The notes: generated by a model from the letters alone, not told the origin. A DNA stretch of 64,000 bases from Candidatus Latescibacterota bacterium (GCA_965248265.1 CBDFJF010000002.1:3840001-3904000), one strand, 5' to 3'. Positions 31,741 to 42,543 are shown, numbered from the stretch's first letter. Program-made: numbers and translations.

Positions 31741-33399
31741 GTGAAAATCTCATCCCCCCAAATACCAGCCCTGGTAGCCCTGGCTGTGAGCTGCTACGCG
31801 CTTTCCTGCAGCTCTCCTCCCGCACCGATGGCACCCGAACGCACACCGGTTGCGGAGGCGGGCTCCGCCCAGACAGTCACCTCCGGGCAGATGGTTACCC
31901 TGGATGGCAGCGGCAGTTCTGACCCGCTACAGCGCACGTTGTCCTACCGGTGGGAGCCGGGGACAGACAACCCGGGCTCGGTCGGCGTACTGACTGCAAC
32001 CGCCATCGTCCAGTTCACCCCGCAAAGACCCGGAACCTACACATTCTTCCTGACGGTGACCGCGGACGGGCAGGTCAGTACAGCTGATTCGGTCACCATA
32101 ACCGTCCTCGACGTGGACAACAGCGCTCCCGTGGCTGACGCCGGGCCCGATCTGGGGTTTCCCCTCGATGCAATCATTTTTCTGGATGGCAGCGCCAGCA
32201 GCGACGACGACGGTGATTCGCTGTCTTTTGTGTGGCGTTTGACCTCCGGTCAAGGAACTGTAACCCTGCTGGATTCTACCGCCGTCCAGACCAGTTTCAC
32301 CGCAACCGTTGCCGGCGACTATGTTTTTGTTCTATTGGTCAGCGACTCGCTGCTAACCGTCAGCGACGACGTCACGATCAGCCTGTCGGCTGCCGACAAC
32401 ATCCGCCCGATCGCCGTTGCCGGCGCCGATACGGTAGTTACTGTAGGTTCCGAGCTTGTCCTGGACGGATCCGCGAGTTCGGACCCCGACGGCGACGACG
32501 GGAGCCTGGTGTACGCGTGGACGATTTCGGGACCAGCCGGGGTGCAGGTTACGCTCTCTGATCCCACCAGCCAGACGCCCTCGTTCACACCGCCTGAAGA
32601 AGGCGAGTACGTCGTCGCCTTGACTGTCACCGACACCAAAGACCTGGTGAGTTTGCGGAATCAGATAACCGTCCATGCACAGGCCCAGATCTACGAGAAA
32701 AGAGGCGGGATGATCGAGATTCCGGCCGGGCCGTTCGTGATGGGGACCATCGACGGGCTGGCCGACGAACGTCCCCCGCATACCGTCAGCGTCTCCACAT
32801 TCTGGATCGATGAATTCGAGGTGACCGCCTCACAGTACCAGGTCTGCGTCGACGCCGGAAGCTGCGACGAGGCGGGGCTCGACGTTGGATGTAACGCCAA
32901 TCTTCCTGGCCTGGGTGAACACCCGATCAACTGCGTGGAATGGTCGCAAGCTTCGAACTTCTGCTCGTGGGCAGGCAAGAGATTGCCGAGGGAAGCCGAA
33001 TGGGAAAAGGCCGCCAGGGGCACGGATGAACGCCGCTTCCCGTGGGGCCACACGGCACCCCAACCCAACCAGCTCAATTACAACGACCTGTTTGGCTCGA
33101 CCGTGGAGGTCGGTCTGTATGACGATGGCATCAGCTTCTATGGCCTCCACAACATGGCGGGCAACGTCCAGGAGTGGACGGCCGACCACTACGCCTCTGA
33201 CTACTACAGCATCGAACCGACCCCGCCGGACCCCCAGGGACCAGCCACCGGGGATTTCCGAGTGGTCAGAGGTGGCAACTGGAAACTGAAGATCAACCTG
33301 GGGGACGCGCTGTTTACGACGACGATACGAGGAAGATTCAGGCCGGATGACAGCGAGAACACGGTCGGCTTTCGCTGTGCCCGAAGCGATCCTCCCTGA
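31741..33399 (+). CDS. Lipoprotein with three PKD/Ig-like repeats and an FGE-sulfatase (SUMF1) domain
   Basis: 3x PVA.AG..LDGS.S.D repeats; RLPREAEWEKAARG, MAGNVQEW, RVVRGG, GFRCA. Confidence 0.85.
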   Translation: MKISSPQIPALVALAVSCYALSCSSPPAPMAPERTPVAEAGSAQTVTSGQMVTLDGSGSSDPLQRTLSYRWEPGTDNPGSVGVLTATAIVQFTPQRPGTYTFFLTVTADGQVSTADSVTITVLDVDNSAPVADAGPDLGFPLDAIIFLDGSASSDDDGDSLSFVWRLTSGQGTVTLLDSTAVQTSFTATVAGDYVFVLLVSDSLLTVSDDVTISLSAADNIRPIAVAGADTVVTVGSELVLDGSASSDPDGDDGSLVYAWTISGPAGVQVTLSDPTSQTPSFTPPEEGEYVVALTVTDTKDLVSLRNQITVHAQAQIYEKRGGMIEIPAGPFVMGTIDGLADERPPHTVSVSTFWIDEFEVTASQYQVCVDAGSCDEAGLDVGCNANLPGLGEHPINCVEWSQASNFCSWAGKRLPREAEWEKAARGTDERRFPWGHTAPQPNQLNYNDLFGSTVEVGLYDDGISFYGLHNMAGNVQEWTADHYASDYYSIEPTPPDPQGPATGDFRVVRGGNWKLKINLGDALFTTTIRGRFRPDDSENTVGFRCARSDPP

Positions 33400-33437
33400 T
33401 ACGATCATGAGACGCATAATGAGACGACGTGAGTTCG

Positions 33438-33812
33438 ATGACTGAAAGCGACACACAGGTTCTCGTCGTCGATGACGACGAGCAAGTTCGCGCGTTTCTG
33501 ACAAAAGTGCTGGAGCGGGAGGGCTACCTGATACTGCCTGCCGGCGACGCCGGCAAGGCCCTTGACGTCCTGGATCGCAACGATATTGATCTCGTCCTGC
33601 TCGATCTCCACATGCCCGGCCCCGCGGATGGAGAGGACTTGCTATTCCTGCTGCGGGACAGGGGCGATGATGTACCCATCATCATTGTGTCTGGCTTCGT
33701 CGATGACGAAACTACGGACCACCAGCCAGACTGCGTTCACGCCGTGTTGAAGAAACCCGTTCGCATCGAGGCCTTGGTTGCCAAGGTCCGGGAGGTCCTG
33801 GCTCTGTCCTGA
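33438..33812 (+). CDS. Single-domain response regulator
   Basis: VLVVDDD, LLDLHMP, SG, KKP. Confidence 0.9.
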   Translation: MTESDTQVLVVDDDEQVRAFLTKVLEREGYLILPAGDAGKALDVLDRNDIDLVLLDLHMPGPADGEDLLFLLRDRGDDVPIIIVSGFVDDETTDHQPDCVHAVLKKPVRIEALVAKVREVLALS

Positions 33813-33988
33813 GCCTCGTGGCGAATGTGCTCCCGGTCACGTTCAGGGACGTTGCCGGAGCCGTTATTTTGCGTATCTTCGCCATACCTCCTCCACGGGA
33901 CTCTTACAGCCCGGCAGCATATTCCCGATCAGTATTTCCACAGATACAAAGCGAAGGTGAGCTGAAGGAGCAGAGAGGTCTATCTGCC

Positions 33989-36319
33989 ATGCAATCTCTA
34001 ACAGCCCACATAGCCGAACCTGCTGGCGTGAATCGTCGCCGCTGGCCGATCACTGCAGGCGTCCCTTTTGCCCAGGGTGAGATCCGATCTGGCGACCAGA
34101 TCAGACTCGAGTGTGACGGACAACCGGCCCCGTGCCACTGGGACGTGCGCGCCCGATGGCCCGACGGCTCGGTACGTTGGACGTTGCTAGACACTCAGGT
34201 GGATGTGGCAGCCTCCTCGCGCACCGAATGCGTGATCCATTACGGCGCTGACGTCTCACCGGCACCCGAAACGGAGCCTTCCCCGCTGCAGGCAACCGAG
34301 ACTGAGGACACGATCGACATCGACACCGGCGTCGCCAAGATTTCCATCGGCCGCCGCGGACAACAGCTCTTCGCCGCCCTCTCAGTCGGAGGTCAGGCGC
34401 TGCTGGGAGACGGATCGAAGCCTCAGCTGATTGCGACTGCCAGCTCATGCACGTCACCTCTGCATGCGGAAATCGAGGACGCGATCATCGAAGAGCACAA
34501 TACCGTGCGGCTGGTTGTGCGCGTCCGCGGCCACTACGTGAGTCAAGGTGCTCCGTCATTTGGCTGGACCGTGAGGATGCATTTCTTCCTGAATCACAGC
34601 CATGTCAGAGTGTACCACACGATCCTCCACGACGACCCGACGCACCAGACGATAACGCTCAACTCACTTCGGCTATCGCTACCACTGCAACTGGATAAGC
34701 CTCGAACAGCCCTTGTGGGTTCCCTTGCCCCGACAGAGAATCCGTGTGGCCCCCGTCGAGACCGCAATCCTGCAGCGCACGAACTGAGCGCGCCCATCGG
34801 GCTATTGCAGACTCAACCACAACATCACCAGGTCTCGGGCATGGTCCCTGACGGCCAAGGTGTGCAGGAGAGAGAGGACAACTGCTTCGGGTGGATTCAT
34901 CTATCTGATCGAAGAATCGGTGTGACCATCAAGCTGATTCGGCCCTGGCAGAATGGGCCAATGGCGCTGTCTACCGATGGCTCGAACCTGGATCTGCACC
35001 TCTATCCGGACCTTGGCCAGCCCGGACTTACAGCCATGGGATCCACCTCCATGTCCGGCGTGAAACTCCCACAGGGAATCGCCAAGACACACGAACTGGC
35101 ACTCCATGTTGGCCCACCATGCGCGCAGTTTCTAGCCGCGGACCGCATAGCCATTGGGCTCGAGTATCCCCTTTTGTTGTCGCTGCCTGGCGAGCATTGG
35201 GCCGAAACCGGTGTTTTTGGATCGTTCCAGATTGTTGCGGAAGATTGCTGGCCCCTCGAAGCGAAACTGCGCACCTGGTCACGAGTGCCCTCCGACCTCG
35301 GCTTTCTTGAGTTTGGTGGTTGTGCAGATCCGAGCGAGCAGAGGTTTGGGCTGGTCCGTTCTCTGTTGTTGCAATACCTGCGCTCTGACGACCAATCCCT
35401 GTTCTGGCGAACTCAAGCGCTACTCTTCCACGAGATGGATGCGGGAACATGTCATTTTCACGCCGATCATCCCGAGTGGATCGGCGGCCCGTATCGGCCT
35501 GATCAGATTGGTTCCTCGGCACTGAGTGCAGAATTCGCCCGAGTGGACGGCTTGATCGATTTTTATTTCCTCACTGGGTACCGTCGCGCCTACGAAGTAG
35601 CCGAGTCCTGCGCTGACTTCTGCAGGCGCAATGCCCCCTATGACTGGCGAGAGGAGCTCGACGACAGCGCCGATTCTGGCAGCGCCGATTCTGGCGCTGG
35701 CATCAGCGGTTTCGGCGCCCTGGCGACCGTGGGAAACGCCTTGAACGCGATGGGAACCTTCTTCGCCGCCTTCCCGGAAGAGCGCTTCCTGCGTTCAATG
35801 GAAGCCCTCGTCGATCTGCTGGAAGCATGGCAGGACGCCGATGGGCGCTGGAGTCACCCGATCGGTCTCCACAGAAATGGCGCAGAGCCCGCCCTCACAG
35901 CCTCGGTGCTCGAGGGGCTTTCTCAATACAACGCGGCCTCAGGTGATGAGCGCGCCCGACGCATGGCCACCGATGGGGCCATGTACCTGGTGCATCACGG
36001 CCGGACGGCTGAGGGGCTCTTCTTCCGGCAGCAATCCCCTGCTGATCTTCGCCCGTGTGCGCGCTCACTGGCGCTGCTGCCGGCGCTGAGCGAAACCTTC
36101 GAACGCACTGGTGACTCCGAGTTGTTGGATGCCGGTCTGAGAGTATTCCGCTGGGCCATTCACCACGATCTCGTCACCGCTGCCCACCTCAAGGATCTGA
36201 TTGCCTTCATGCCTGTGTTGGAAAATCTGAAGCTTCTGGAGGAGTTCCGCGCACCCATTAGCGCAGTGGATCGCATGCGCGAACCCTGGCCACACTCGGT
36301 CGTATCCGGGGACCACTAG
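33989..36319 (+). CDS. PcRGLX/YetA-like (exo-rhamnogalacturonan lyase-like) protein
   Basis: GVPF..G, WPDGSVRW, beta-sandwich followed by helical barrel (YFLTG). Confidence 0.6.
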   Translation: MQSLTAHIAEPAGVNRRRWPITAGVPFAQGEIRSGDQIRLECDGQPAPCHWDVRARWPDGSVRWTLLDTQVDVAASSRTECVIHYGADVSPAPETEPSPLQATETEDTIDIDTGVAKISIGRRGQQLFAALSVGGQALLGDGSKPQLIATASSCTSPLHAEIEDAIIEEHNTVRLVVRVRGHYVSQGAPSFGWTVRMHFFLNHSHVRVYHTILHDDPTHQTITLNSLRLSLPLQLDKPRTALVGSLAPTENPCGPRRDRNPAAHELSAPIGLLQTQPQHHQVSGMVPDGQGVQEREDNCFGWIHLSDRRIGVTIKLIRPWQNGPMALSTDGSNLDLHLYPDLGQPGLTAMGSTSMSGVKLPQGIAKTHELALHVGPPCAQFLAADRIAIGLEYPLLLSLPGEHWAETGVFGSFQIVAEDCWPLEAKLRTWSRVPSDLGFLEFGGCADPSEQRFGLVRSLLLQYLRSDDQSLFWRTQALLFHEMDAGTCHFHADHPEWIGGPYRPDQIGSSALSAEFARVDGLIDFYFLTGYRRAYEVAESCADFCRRNAPYDWREELDDSADSGSADSGAGISGFGALATVGNALNAMGTFFAAFPEERFLRSMEALVDLLEAWQDADGRWSHPIGLHRNGAEPALTASVLEGLSQYNAASGDERARRMATDGAMYLVHHGRTAEGLFFRQQSPADLRPCARSLALLPALSETFERTGDSELLDAGLRVFRWAIHHDLVTAAHLKDLIAFMPVLENLKLLEEFRAPISAVDRMREPWPHSVVSGDH

Positions 36320-36341
36320 GCGGAAGGGAGCGTAGATTCTC

Positions 36342-37364
36342 ATGTGGCTCGGAGTATTCGCCGTTATCGTAGCCGTCAGCTTCGCCCTGATCAAGTTTCT
36401 GACGGGTGTACACTGGCGCCGGCTGCGAGAACGCCAGGCACGTCTACAGGCCGACTTGAACAAGAATCGCCTGAGGTTGCAATCACTCGACGGTACACTA
36501 CAGGTTGAGCGCGGCCGCAAAGGCGCAATCGAGCAGAAACTGAAACTGGGTCGCCGTTTCAAGGATGAACTCTATCACCGGCTGCGCCTAGAGCTCCCGG
36601 GCCCGCTCGTCAGCGAAGCGCAAAATTGTATCAACCACAACCCAATCCCCCAACCTCGGGGAGTTCGACTGTTTCACGAACTCAAAATCGCCGACAAAAT
36701 CGCCAAGACCCTGCAGTCCATGGCCGTCGGCTTGTTCGAGTTTTCGATCCCCGACGAAGACACGCGCTCAAATTTGATGGATGCCTTCATCGAAATGCTG
36801 GATGAGGCTGAAGTGTCCTACATCCGGGGTAAGCCTGGTCAGGAGGATGCCAGTGCCTCCCTGCTTGAAGAGCACGCGATCGTCTGCGCCTTCGACCATG
36901 CCACCACGTGCATGGAATTGACCAGAGCCTTCATCCAGAAAGCCGGCGGTGATGTGGTCGGTCAGGTGCGGGCCATGTTGCTGGCGGGGGTGAACACCAG
37001 CCGGCATGCCGACGACGACGTCAGTCGCCTTTTCGCCCGCGCCCTGGATCACGCCCTCGAGTTCATCGCGCGCTCGCCGGACGGTTCACTGTTGATGAAC
37101 GCTGTCGCCTATGAGGATCTCGGTGACACCGCGGATGGCGTGGAATTGTTCGACAAGGCAGAGCAACTGTACGTATTCGCGTGGCAGGCCCTGCAGGAAG
37201 AGACCGAGTCGGCCGAATCGGAGGAGACGGCCTCCGGGGAAGAGGTGGTTCCAGAGGGCGAAATCGAGGAGTCGGAGTCGGAGTCAGAGGCAACGGTCAC
37301 CGAGCAAACTGATGTTGACACGGACGTTGACACGGACGTTTCCACGGAGGAGGAAAGGCCCTGA
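36342..37364 (+). CDS. Membrane-anchored coiled-coil protein with degenerate class III cyclase-like domain and acidic tail
   Basis: N-terminal TM, heptads, AIVCAFD..VRAMLLAG..PDGSLLMN pattern, E/D-rich C-terminus. Confidence 0.5.
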   Translation: MWLGVFAVIVAVSFALIKFLTGVHWRRLRERQARLQADLNKNRLRLQSLDGTLQVERGRKGAIEQKLKLGRRFKDELYHRLRLELPGPLVSEAQNCINHNPIPQPRGVRLFHELKIADKIAKTLQSMAVGLFEFSIPDEDTRSNLMDAFIEMLDEAEVSYIRGKPGQEDASASLLEEHAIVCAFDHATTCMELTRAFIQKAGGDVVGQVRAMLLAGVNTSRHADDDVSRLFARALDHALEFIARSPDGSLLMNAVAYEDLGDTADGVELFDKAEQLYVFAWQALQEETESAESEETASGEEVVPEGEIEESESESEATVTEQTDVDTDVDTDVSTEEERP

Positions 37365-37657
37365 TGTCTGCATTTTACACCATCGTCATGATTGCCTTCG
37401 CCAGTTTGAGTGTCGTCACGCTCTTCAGCCATCTGGTGCGAATCAACGAAGCCAAAGAAGGCATCAACGAACTACGTGACGGCATAGAAAAAGAGGAGGA
37501 GCGTATTGCCATCATTCAGGCCGAGATCAAGGACCTCCGCTTTGATTCCCAGATACTCGATGAGGAACGCGTAGCGGTCGAAAAACAGACAGAGTGTATG
37601 CTCAAGGTCGAGGAGAAATACACCCGACACCGGGAGCGCACCGAGGGCAGGCAGTAG
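37364..37657 (+). CDS. Small TM plus coiled-coil hypothetical protein
   Basis: TGATG translational coupling; N-terminal TM then heptads. Confidence 0.6.
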   Translation: MSAFYTIVMIAFASLSVVTLFSHLVRINEAKEGINELRDGIEKEEERIAIIQAEIKDLRFDSQILDEERVAVEKQTECMLKVEEKYTRHRERTEGRQ

Positions 37658-37666
37658 GCGCTGAGT

Positions 37667-38593
37667 ATGGAACATGCGCTGGGTGAAGAGCTGCTGCAGG
37701 CCCACGTCGAAGTTGCGCTGCGAGAGGACCTCAACAGCGACTCTCTGGATGATGGCGCGGCCGATCTGACGACGTCGTTATTGATTCAGCCTTCTGCTCC
37801 CAGCAGCGCCCTGATCGTAGCCAAAGAGAGCGGTATTCTAGCTGGCACCCTGCTGGCGGAGGCCGTATTTCGCCGACTGGATCCGAAGGTTCACTGCGAG
37901 ATTATCAAGGCGGACGGGAACGCGGTTGGGCCAGGAGCGACCGTCATGACCATGACCGGTTCCGCGGGACCCCTGCTCACCGGAGAACGCACGGCACTGA
38001 ACTTTCTCCAGCATCTTTCCGGAATCGCCACCTGTACCCGAGGTTTCGTCGAGGCCATTGCCGCCAGCCCAGGGACACGAATCACAGACACTCGAAAGAC
38101 GACCCCAGGACTCCGACTCCTTGAAAAATACGCTGTCACCCAAGGCGGAGGAGTCAATCACCGCATGGGCCTATACGATGCCGTGCTGGTGAAGGAGAAT
38201 CACGCAGCCGAATCTGGCGGAGTGGCGGAGGCCATCAGGAAGGTGCGTTCACAAGAACGCGATTCGAACGTGAATGTCGTACGTGTAATGGTCGAGGCCA
38301 GACACCTCACCGAGGTCGAAGCCTTGCTCGCCCTCGAAATATCCGAACGTCCCGACCGCATTCTGTTGGACAACATGCCGCCGGTTGCCCTTGCTGAAGC
38401 GGTTGCCCTTATTCGCGCCACCGACGCAGGTCACATCGAGATCGAGGCGACCGGTGGCGTCGACCTGGACACTGTGGCTGAGATCGCGGCTACTGGAGTG
38501 GATTTGATTTCAGTAGGCACCCTCACCCACTCAGCTCCCGCCCTTGACCTGAGCCTGCTGTTCGAATCCGTGGACGAAAAGGTCAACGGCTAA
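37667..38593 (+). CDS. nadC: Nicotinate-nucleotide diphosphorylase (carboxylating)
   Basis: ERTALNFLQ, DTRKTTPG, NHRMGL, KENH, LLDNM. Confidence 0.96.
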   Translation: MEHALGEELLQAHVEVALREDLNSDSLDDGAADLTTSLLIQPSAPSSALIVAKESGILAGTLLAEAVFRRLDPKVHCEIIKADGNAVGPGATVMTMTGSAGPLLTGERTALNFLQHLSGIATCTRGFVEAIAASPGTRITDTRKTTPGLRLLEKYAVTQGGGVNHRMGLYDAVLVKENHAAESGGVAEAIRKVRSQERDSNVNVVRVMVEARHLTEVEALLALEISERPDRILLDNMPPVALAEAVALIRATDAGHIEIEATGGVDLDTVAEIAATGVDLISVGTLTHSAPALDLSLLFESVDEKVNG

Positions 38594-39624
38594 CGAAAAG
38601 CAGGTCGGACTGGCTGCGATCCTTTCGTTGCCGATTTGGTTGCCGCTTCCAGTACACCGATGACGCGCGATGACGACTCCGGGGTCACCGACAACCTTGC
38701 TCGTCCCTGTATGTGGCGGCAAACATTTCGGTAGTAGATTTCTGCGCCTTCGTTGGGCGCGTCCGAGGACAGCTCAGCGTTCATCTGACGACCGTTTACC
38801 AGGCTGTTGACGACGTAAGTCTTGCGATCCCACGATTCGATCGCGCCCTGTTCGCCCAGGATCCGCCACTGCGGTCTTGGAGCCATGCTCATCCCGGATA
38901 TGGTGACTGTGGCTTCGCAACCTCTCTTAAACTTCACGGTGACCTCCGAGTGATCATCGTTGGTGTAGCCCTTCCACTGCCTGTTCTTTACCTGAAAACC
39001 GCTGACCCAGTCTATGTCGTCTGAAACCAGCTGCAGCACCCAGTCGACGAAATGGGCACCCCAGTCGTACATGTTGCCGCCCGAAATCTTGCGGTCTGAG
39101 CGCCACCAATCACGCTGCATACCGTACCGGTGGAAGCCGCAATCGATGCGGAACACACGACCAACCAGTTTCTCCTTGCAGACCAGGTCCTTCAACAGCA
39201 GGAAATCGGGGTCCCAGCGACGGTTGTGGAAGGTTGACAGCATCACCCGCCGGCGGCGCGCCATGGCCAGCATGGCCTTGCACTGGGCACTCGTGATCGC
39301 CATCGGCTTCTCTGTAACCGTGTTCACCTTGGCGTCCAGGCACTGGGTTACGAGCTTGGCATGCGTGTTGTGAGGCGTGATCACGGCGACGAGGTCAAGA
39401 TCGGCGTGTCTGAGCATGTCACCAACCCGCGAATATAGCGCGGCTTGAGGCCAATCTTCGGCGGCGACTTCCAGCCGTGCCGGATCGAGTTCGCAGACGG
39501 CGGCTACCTCCATCCGTGGATTCAACGACATCATACTCAGATGCGCCCTGCCCATGTTGAAGGCACCTCCGTAGCCGATGACTCCACAGCGATACGTCCT
39601 GCCCTTGCTCCCCACACTCTTCAT
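38590..39624 (-). CDS. Gfo/Idh/MocA oxidoreductase
   Basis: GVIGYG, EKP, HNRRWD, DWGAH. Confidence 0.9.
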   Translation of the reverse strand: MKSVGSKGRTYRCGVIGYGGAFNMGRAHLSMMSLNPRMEVAAVCELDPARLEVAAEDWPQAALYSRVGDMLRHADLDLVAVITPHNTHAKLVTQCLDAKVNTVTEKPMAITSAQCKAMLAMARRRRVMLSTFHNRRWDPDFLLLKDLVCKEKLVGRVFRIDCGFHRYGMQRDWWRSDRKISGGNMYDWGAHFVDWVLQLVSDDIDWVSGFQVKNRQWKGYTNDDHSEVTVKFKRGCEATVTISGMSMAPRPQWRILGEQGAIESWDRKTYVVNSLVNGRQMNAELSSDAPNEGAEIYYRNVCRHIQGRARLSVTPESSSRVIGVLEAATKSATKGSQPVRPAFR

Positions 39625-39739
39625 CTGCGCACTCTCCTTGATCGATTCACTCGTACAACTTTTCTTGATGCGAGCGGGCCAAGCCTACTTAACCCATTGA
39701 CGAGAGTCAATCGACACCCACTACATACAGCTGCCACGC

Positions 39740-40606
39740 ATGAAACTATCCTGTACCAGTGTCATGTTGCCGCGATGGACCCTTGAAGAGACCTTCGACA
39801 AGCTGGCTGAACACGGCTACGACGGCATCGAGCTGCGCTGTCGCTACAATCCGGCGAAGACGAGCGACACCCCATCGTCCAGGTCCTTCTGGGGACCACA
39901 CCGGTGTGACATCGATCCTGACAACATCGTCACGCGCTCGTCGGAAATTCGGGACGCGGCCGCTCGAACAGGCGTGCGTGTCGTCGCACTTGCACCTCAA
40001 TGCAGACTGGGCGAGGATGAGCATTTCGGCAAGCTGCTGGCCGGCGCTGTGGCCATCGATCCGAATGCTCCACCGATGATTCGAGTGCAGGCGTTGCCCT
40101 ACGATCGCAACCAGCCGTACTCGCCGCAGTTCGATGACGCACGCGCCGGATTCGCTCGAATCGCCGAAGCCGCGGGTAAGGAGGGCGTCCGTGTCCTCTA
40201 CGAAATTCACGCCGGAACCCTTGCCGTGACGGCATCAAGAACCGTCGAACTGCTGCGTGATCTCGATCCCGTGACGATCGGTGCTATTTACGACGTACCC
40301 AACATGGTGGTCACCGGCTTGGAGGACACTCGTATGGGACTCGAACTCCTCGGTCCCTACCTCGCCCACTGCCACATCGGCAACCGCAAACCGGTTGGAA
40401 ACAGAGACGCCAGCGGCGAGTCCATGGAGTGGAAATGGGAATTCTGCGGATTAACCGAGGGACTCGCTCCGATCAAACAGATCATCGAAGATCTCAAGGT
40501 GATCGGGTATGGCGCATGCCTGTCCCTCGAGGACTTCGGTCCAGGTGACGACGAGGAAAAAATCCGTGACCAGGGGGCTTATTTGCGAAGGCTCATGAAC
40601 GCATGA
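39740..40606 (+). CDS. Sugar phosphate isomerase/epimerase (xylose isomerase-like TIM barrel)
   Basis: GYDGIELR, EIH, YD..N, HCHI, SLE. Confidence 0.82.
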   Translation: MKLSCTSVMLPRWTLEETFDKLAEHGYDGIELRCRYNPAKTSDTPSSRSFWGPHRCDIDPDNIVTRSSEIRDAAARTGVRVVALAPQCRLGEDEHFGKLLAGAVAIDPNAPPMIRVQALPYDRNQPYSPQFDDARAGFARIAEAAGKEGVRVLYEIHAGTLAVTASRTVELLRDLDPVTIGAIYDVPNMVVTGLEDTRMGLELLGPYLAHCHIGNRKPVGNRDASGESMEWKWEFCGLTEGLAPIKQIIEDLKVIGYGACLSLEDFGPGDDEEKIRDQGAYLRRLMNA

Positions 40607-41445
40607 TCAACGCGTACAGATCCTCGGTCTTCGCGGTAGCAGTATTCCTCACCTGTGGTCTGGCTGGCTGCTCCGCCGTACGTCAGACGTTGGGCATGAG
40701 CCTGGTCCCGGTCGAAACCGAAATCAAGCTGGGACGAGAGCTCGCGGCTCAAATCGAAAGCCAGCAGCGCTTGCTTCCCGACGAGGCCATCCAGCAGTAC
40801 GTCAACGATATCGCCCTGCCGTTGTTGCTCGCCAGCCGCGCCGACCGCTCGGACCTGCGCTACCACATCGCCGTACTCGACGATCCCAAGCAGGTCAATG
40901 CCTTCGCGCTGCCTGGTGGCTTCATTTACGTCTATTCTGGTTTGTTGCTGTTCGCTCACAACGAAGCGGAGGTTGCCGGCGTGCTGGCGCACGAAATCGG
41001 CCATGTCGTCGGTCGTCACTCAGCCAACAGCCTGGCGACCCAGATGGGCATGGGAGCGCTGCTGAGTCTTGCGCTGGGGCAGGCACAGGATGAACTGGCT
41101 GAGGCCGCCGCGCAGATGGCCGGCGCAGGTACCCTTGCCGCTTTCAGCCGAAAGGACGAACGTGAGGCTGACCGTTACGGGGTCGCCTACACGGTAGCTG
41201 CGGGATATCATCCGCGCGGACTTGTGACCTTCTTCACTCGGTTGATGCATGCTGAGGGGGGGTCTTCTTCGTACCGGACGTCGTACGAAGTACTCATGTC
41301 ATCCCATCCCGCCACCTCCGAGCGTATTCGGGACGTTGAGCGTCTCATCGCCAGCACCGGAGTTACATCCGGGCGTACGGAACAGGAACGCTTCGATGAC
41401 ATTCGCTCACGGCTGCAACGCGGCTACCGGGTACGATCGCCTTAG
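40603..41445 (+). CDS. M48 metallopeptidase lipoprotein
   Basis: LAGC lipobox, NAFALPGG, HEIGH, EREAD, SHP. Confidence 0.9.
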   Translation: MINAYRSSVFAVAVFLTCGLAGCSAVRQTLGMSLVPVETEIKLGRELAAQIESQQRLLPDEAIQQYVNDIALPLLLASRADRSDLRYHIAVLDDPKQVNAFALPGGFIYVYSGLLLFAHNEAEVAGVLAHEIGHVVGRHSANSLATQMGMGALLSLALGQAQDELAEAAAQMAGAGTLAAFSRKDEREADRYGVAYTVAAGYHPRGLVTFFTRLMHAEGGSSSYRTSYEVLMSSHPATSERIRDVERLIASTGVTSGRTEQERFDDIRSRLQRGYRVRSP

Positions 41446-41542
41446 CAGCAACTCAAGTTTGTGAAGCACAATAGAAACGGGCGCGATGGCTGGTTCCCAA
41501 ACCCACCACGCCGTCTGCTGAGACGTTACCACCAAGGTGATG

Positions 41543-42446
41543 CTACTTCAGAGAATAGCCCCTCACCTTGTCCTTGTGCTCGACCACCAACAGATCGTCG
41601 GTCACCAGGTAGAACTCCCCTACCACATCCTTGTCCGCCCACTTGACCTCTCCGGTCTTGCCGTCGATGCCGTGAAAGCCCTTGCAGGCGTAAACGATGT
41701 CGTCGTTGGCGCCTACGAAGATGGGATCGAACTGCAGATTCTTCTGGTCGTTGTCGTACTTCCATTGGTGCGTCCAGACGAGGGTCCCGTCCTTGTCAAC
41801 GCGGATGATCGCCTTGTCGCCGAAGACGATGAAATGCCCGCCGCGATTTTCGGCCCGCAGGATACGACGCGGATCCGACCAGGTCGTCGTCGTCGTCGAC
41901 CCGAAGCCGCTGAAAGTGCTCTTTTCACCTTGACGGCCCAGGCCTTGTCGCCAGCAGCTTGGAGCTAGGCGCCACCGGCAGTGACCACTTCTCCTCACCG
42001 GTTTCCGGGTCCAGGAGCATGAAGTTGTTCTTGATCTGAAACACCGCACCGTAGTCGGTCTCCCAGTACCGGTCGACGTTCTTGAACTTCAGGTTGCTGA
42101 GCTCCTTCGACCACGCAACTTCGCCTGTCGGAATATCGAGACGAGCGACTCCTTTCTTGGTCGAATACAGCAGGAACCGATCTTCCCATTTCAACGTGAA
42201 TTTGCCGTCGTACTCCGGCAGCTCCTTGTGTTTCCAGATCAGCTCTCCGGTGCGGGCATCGTGCAGTTCACGCCCTTTCTTTATGCTGAACCAGACGTAT
42301 TTCTCGTCGACGATATCGGTCCAGCTCTGGCCTTTCATCTTGAACTCGTAGAGCTGATCAGCTCCATCCGCGTCAGCGGCCGCCGCTCCAGTCAGCAATG
42401 CCAGGCAGATTACTCCGAAAACCAGCTGTGCGATCTTCAAGGTCAT
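41543..42446 (-). pseudogene. Exported PQQ/BamB-like beta-propeller protein, disrupted near 41925-41960
   Basis: DxxTGExxW repeats occur in two different frames (41925-42446 and 41543-42049). Confidence 0.65.
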
Positions 42447-42527
42447 ATCCCTCCGTTGAGGTCAAAAAGCGGGTGCATTTTGGGGGCAGAAAAGATATAA
42501 ATCTAGGGGATTTCAGACAATCCAAGG

Positions 42528-42543
42528 AGCATGCCTGTTGCCA
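42528..42543 (-). promoter_or_regulatory. Possible sigma54 promoter for the beta-propeller gene
   Basis: Minus strand TGGCAACAGGCATGCT has GG-N10-GC spacing, about 80 bp upstream of the ATG. Confidence 0.35.
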
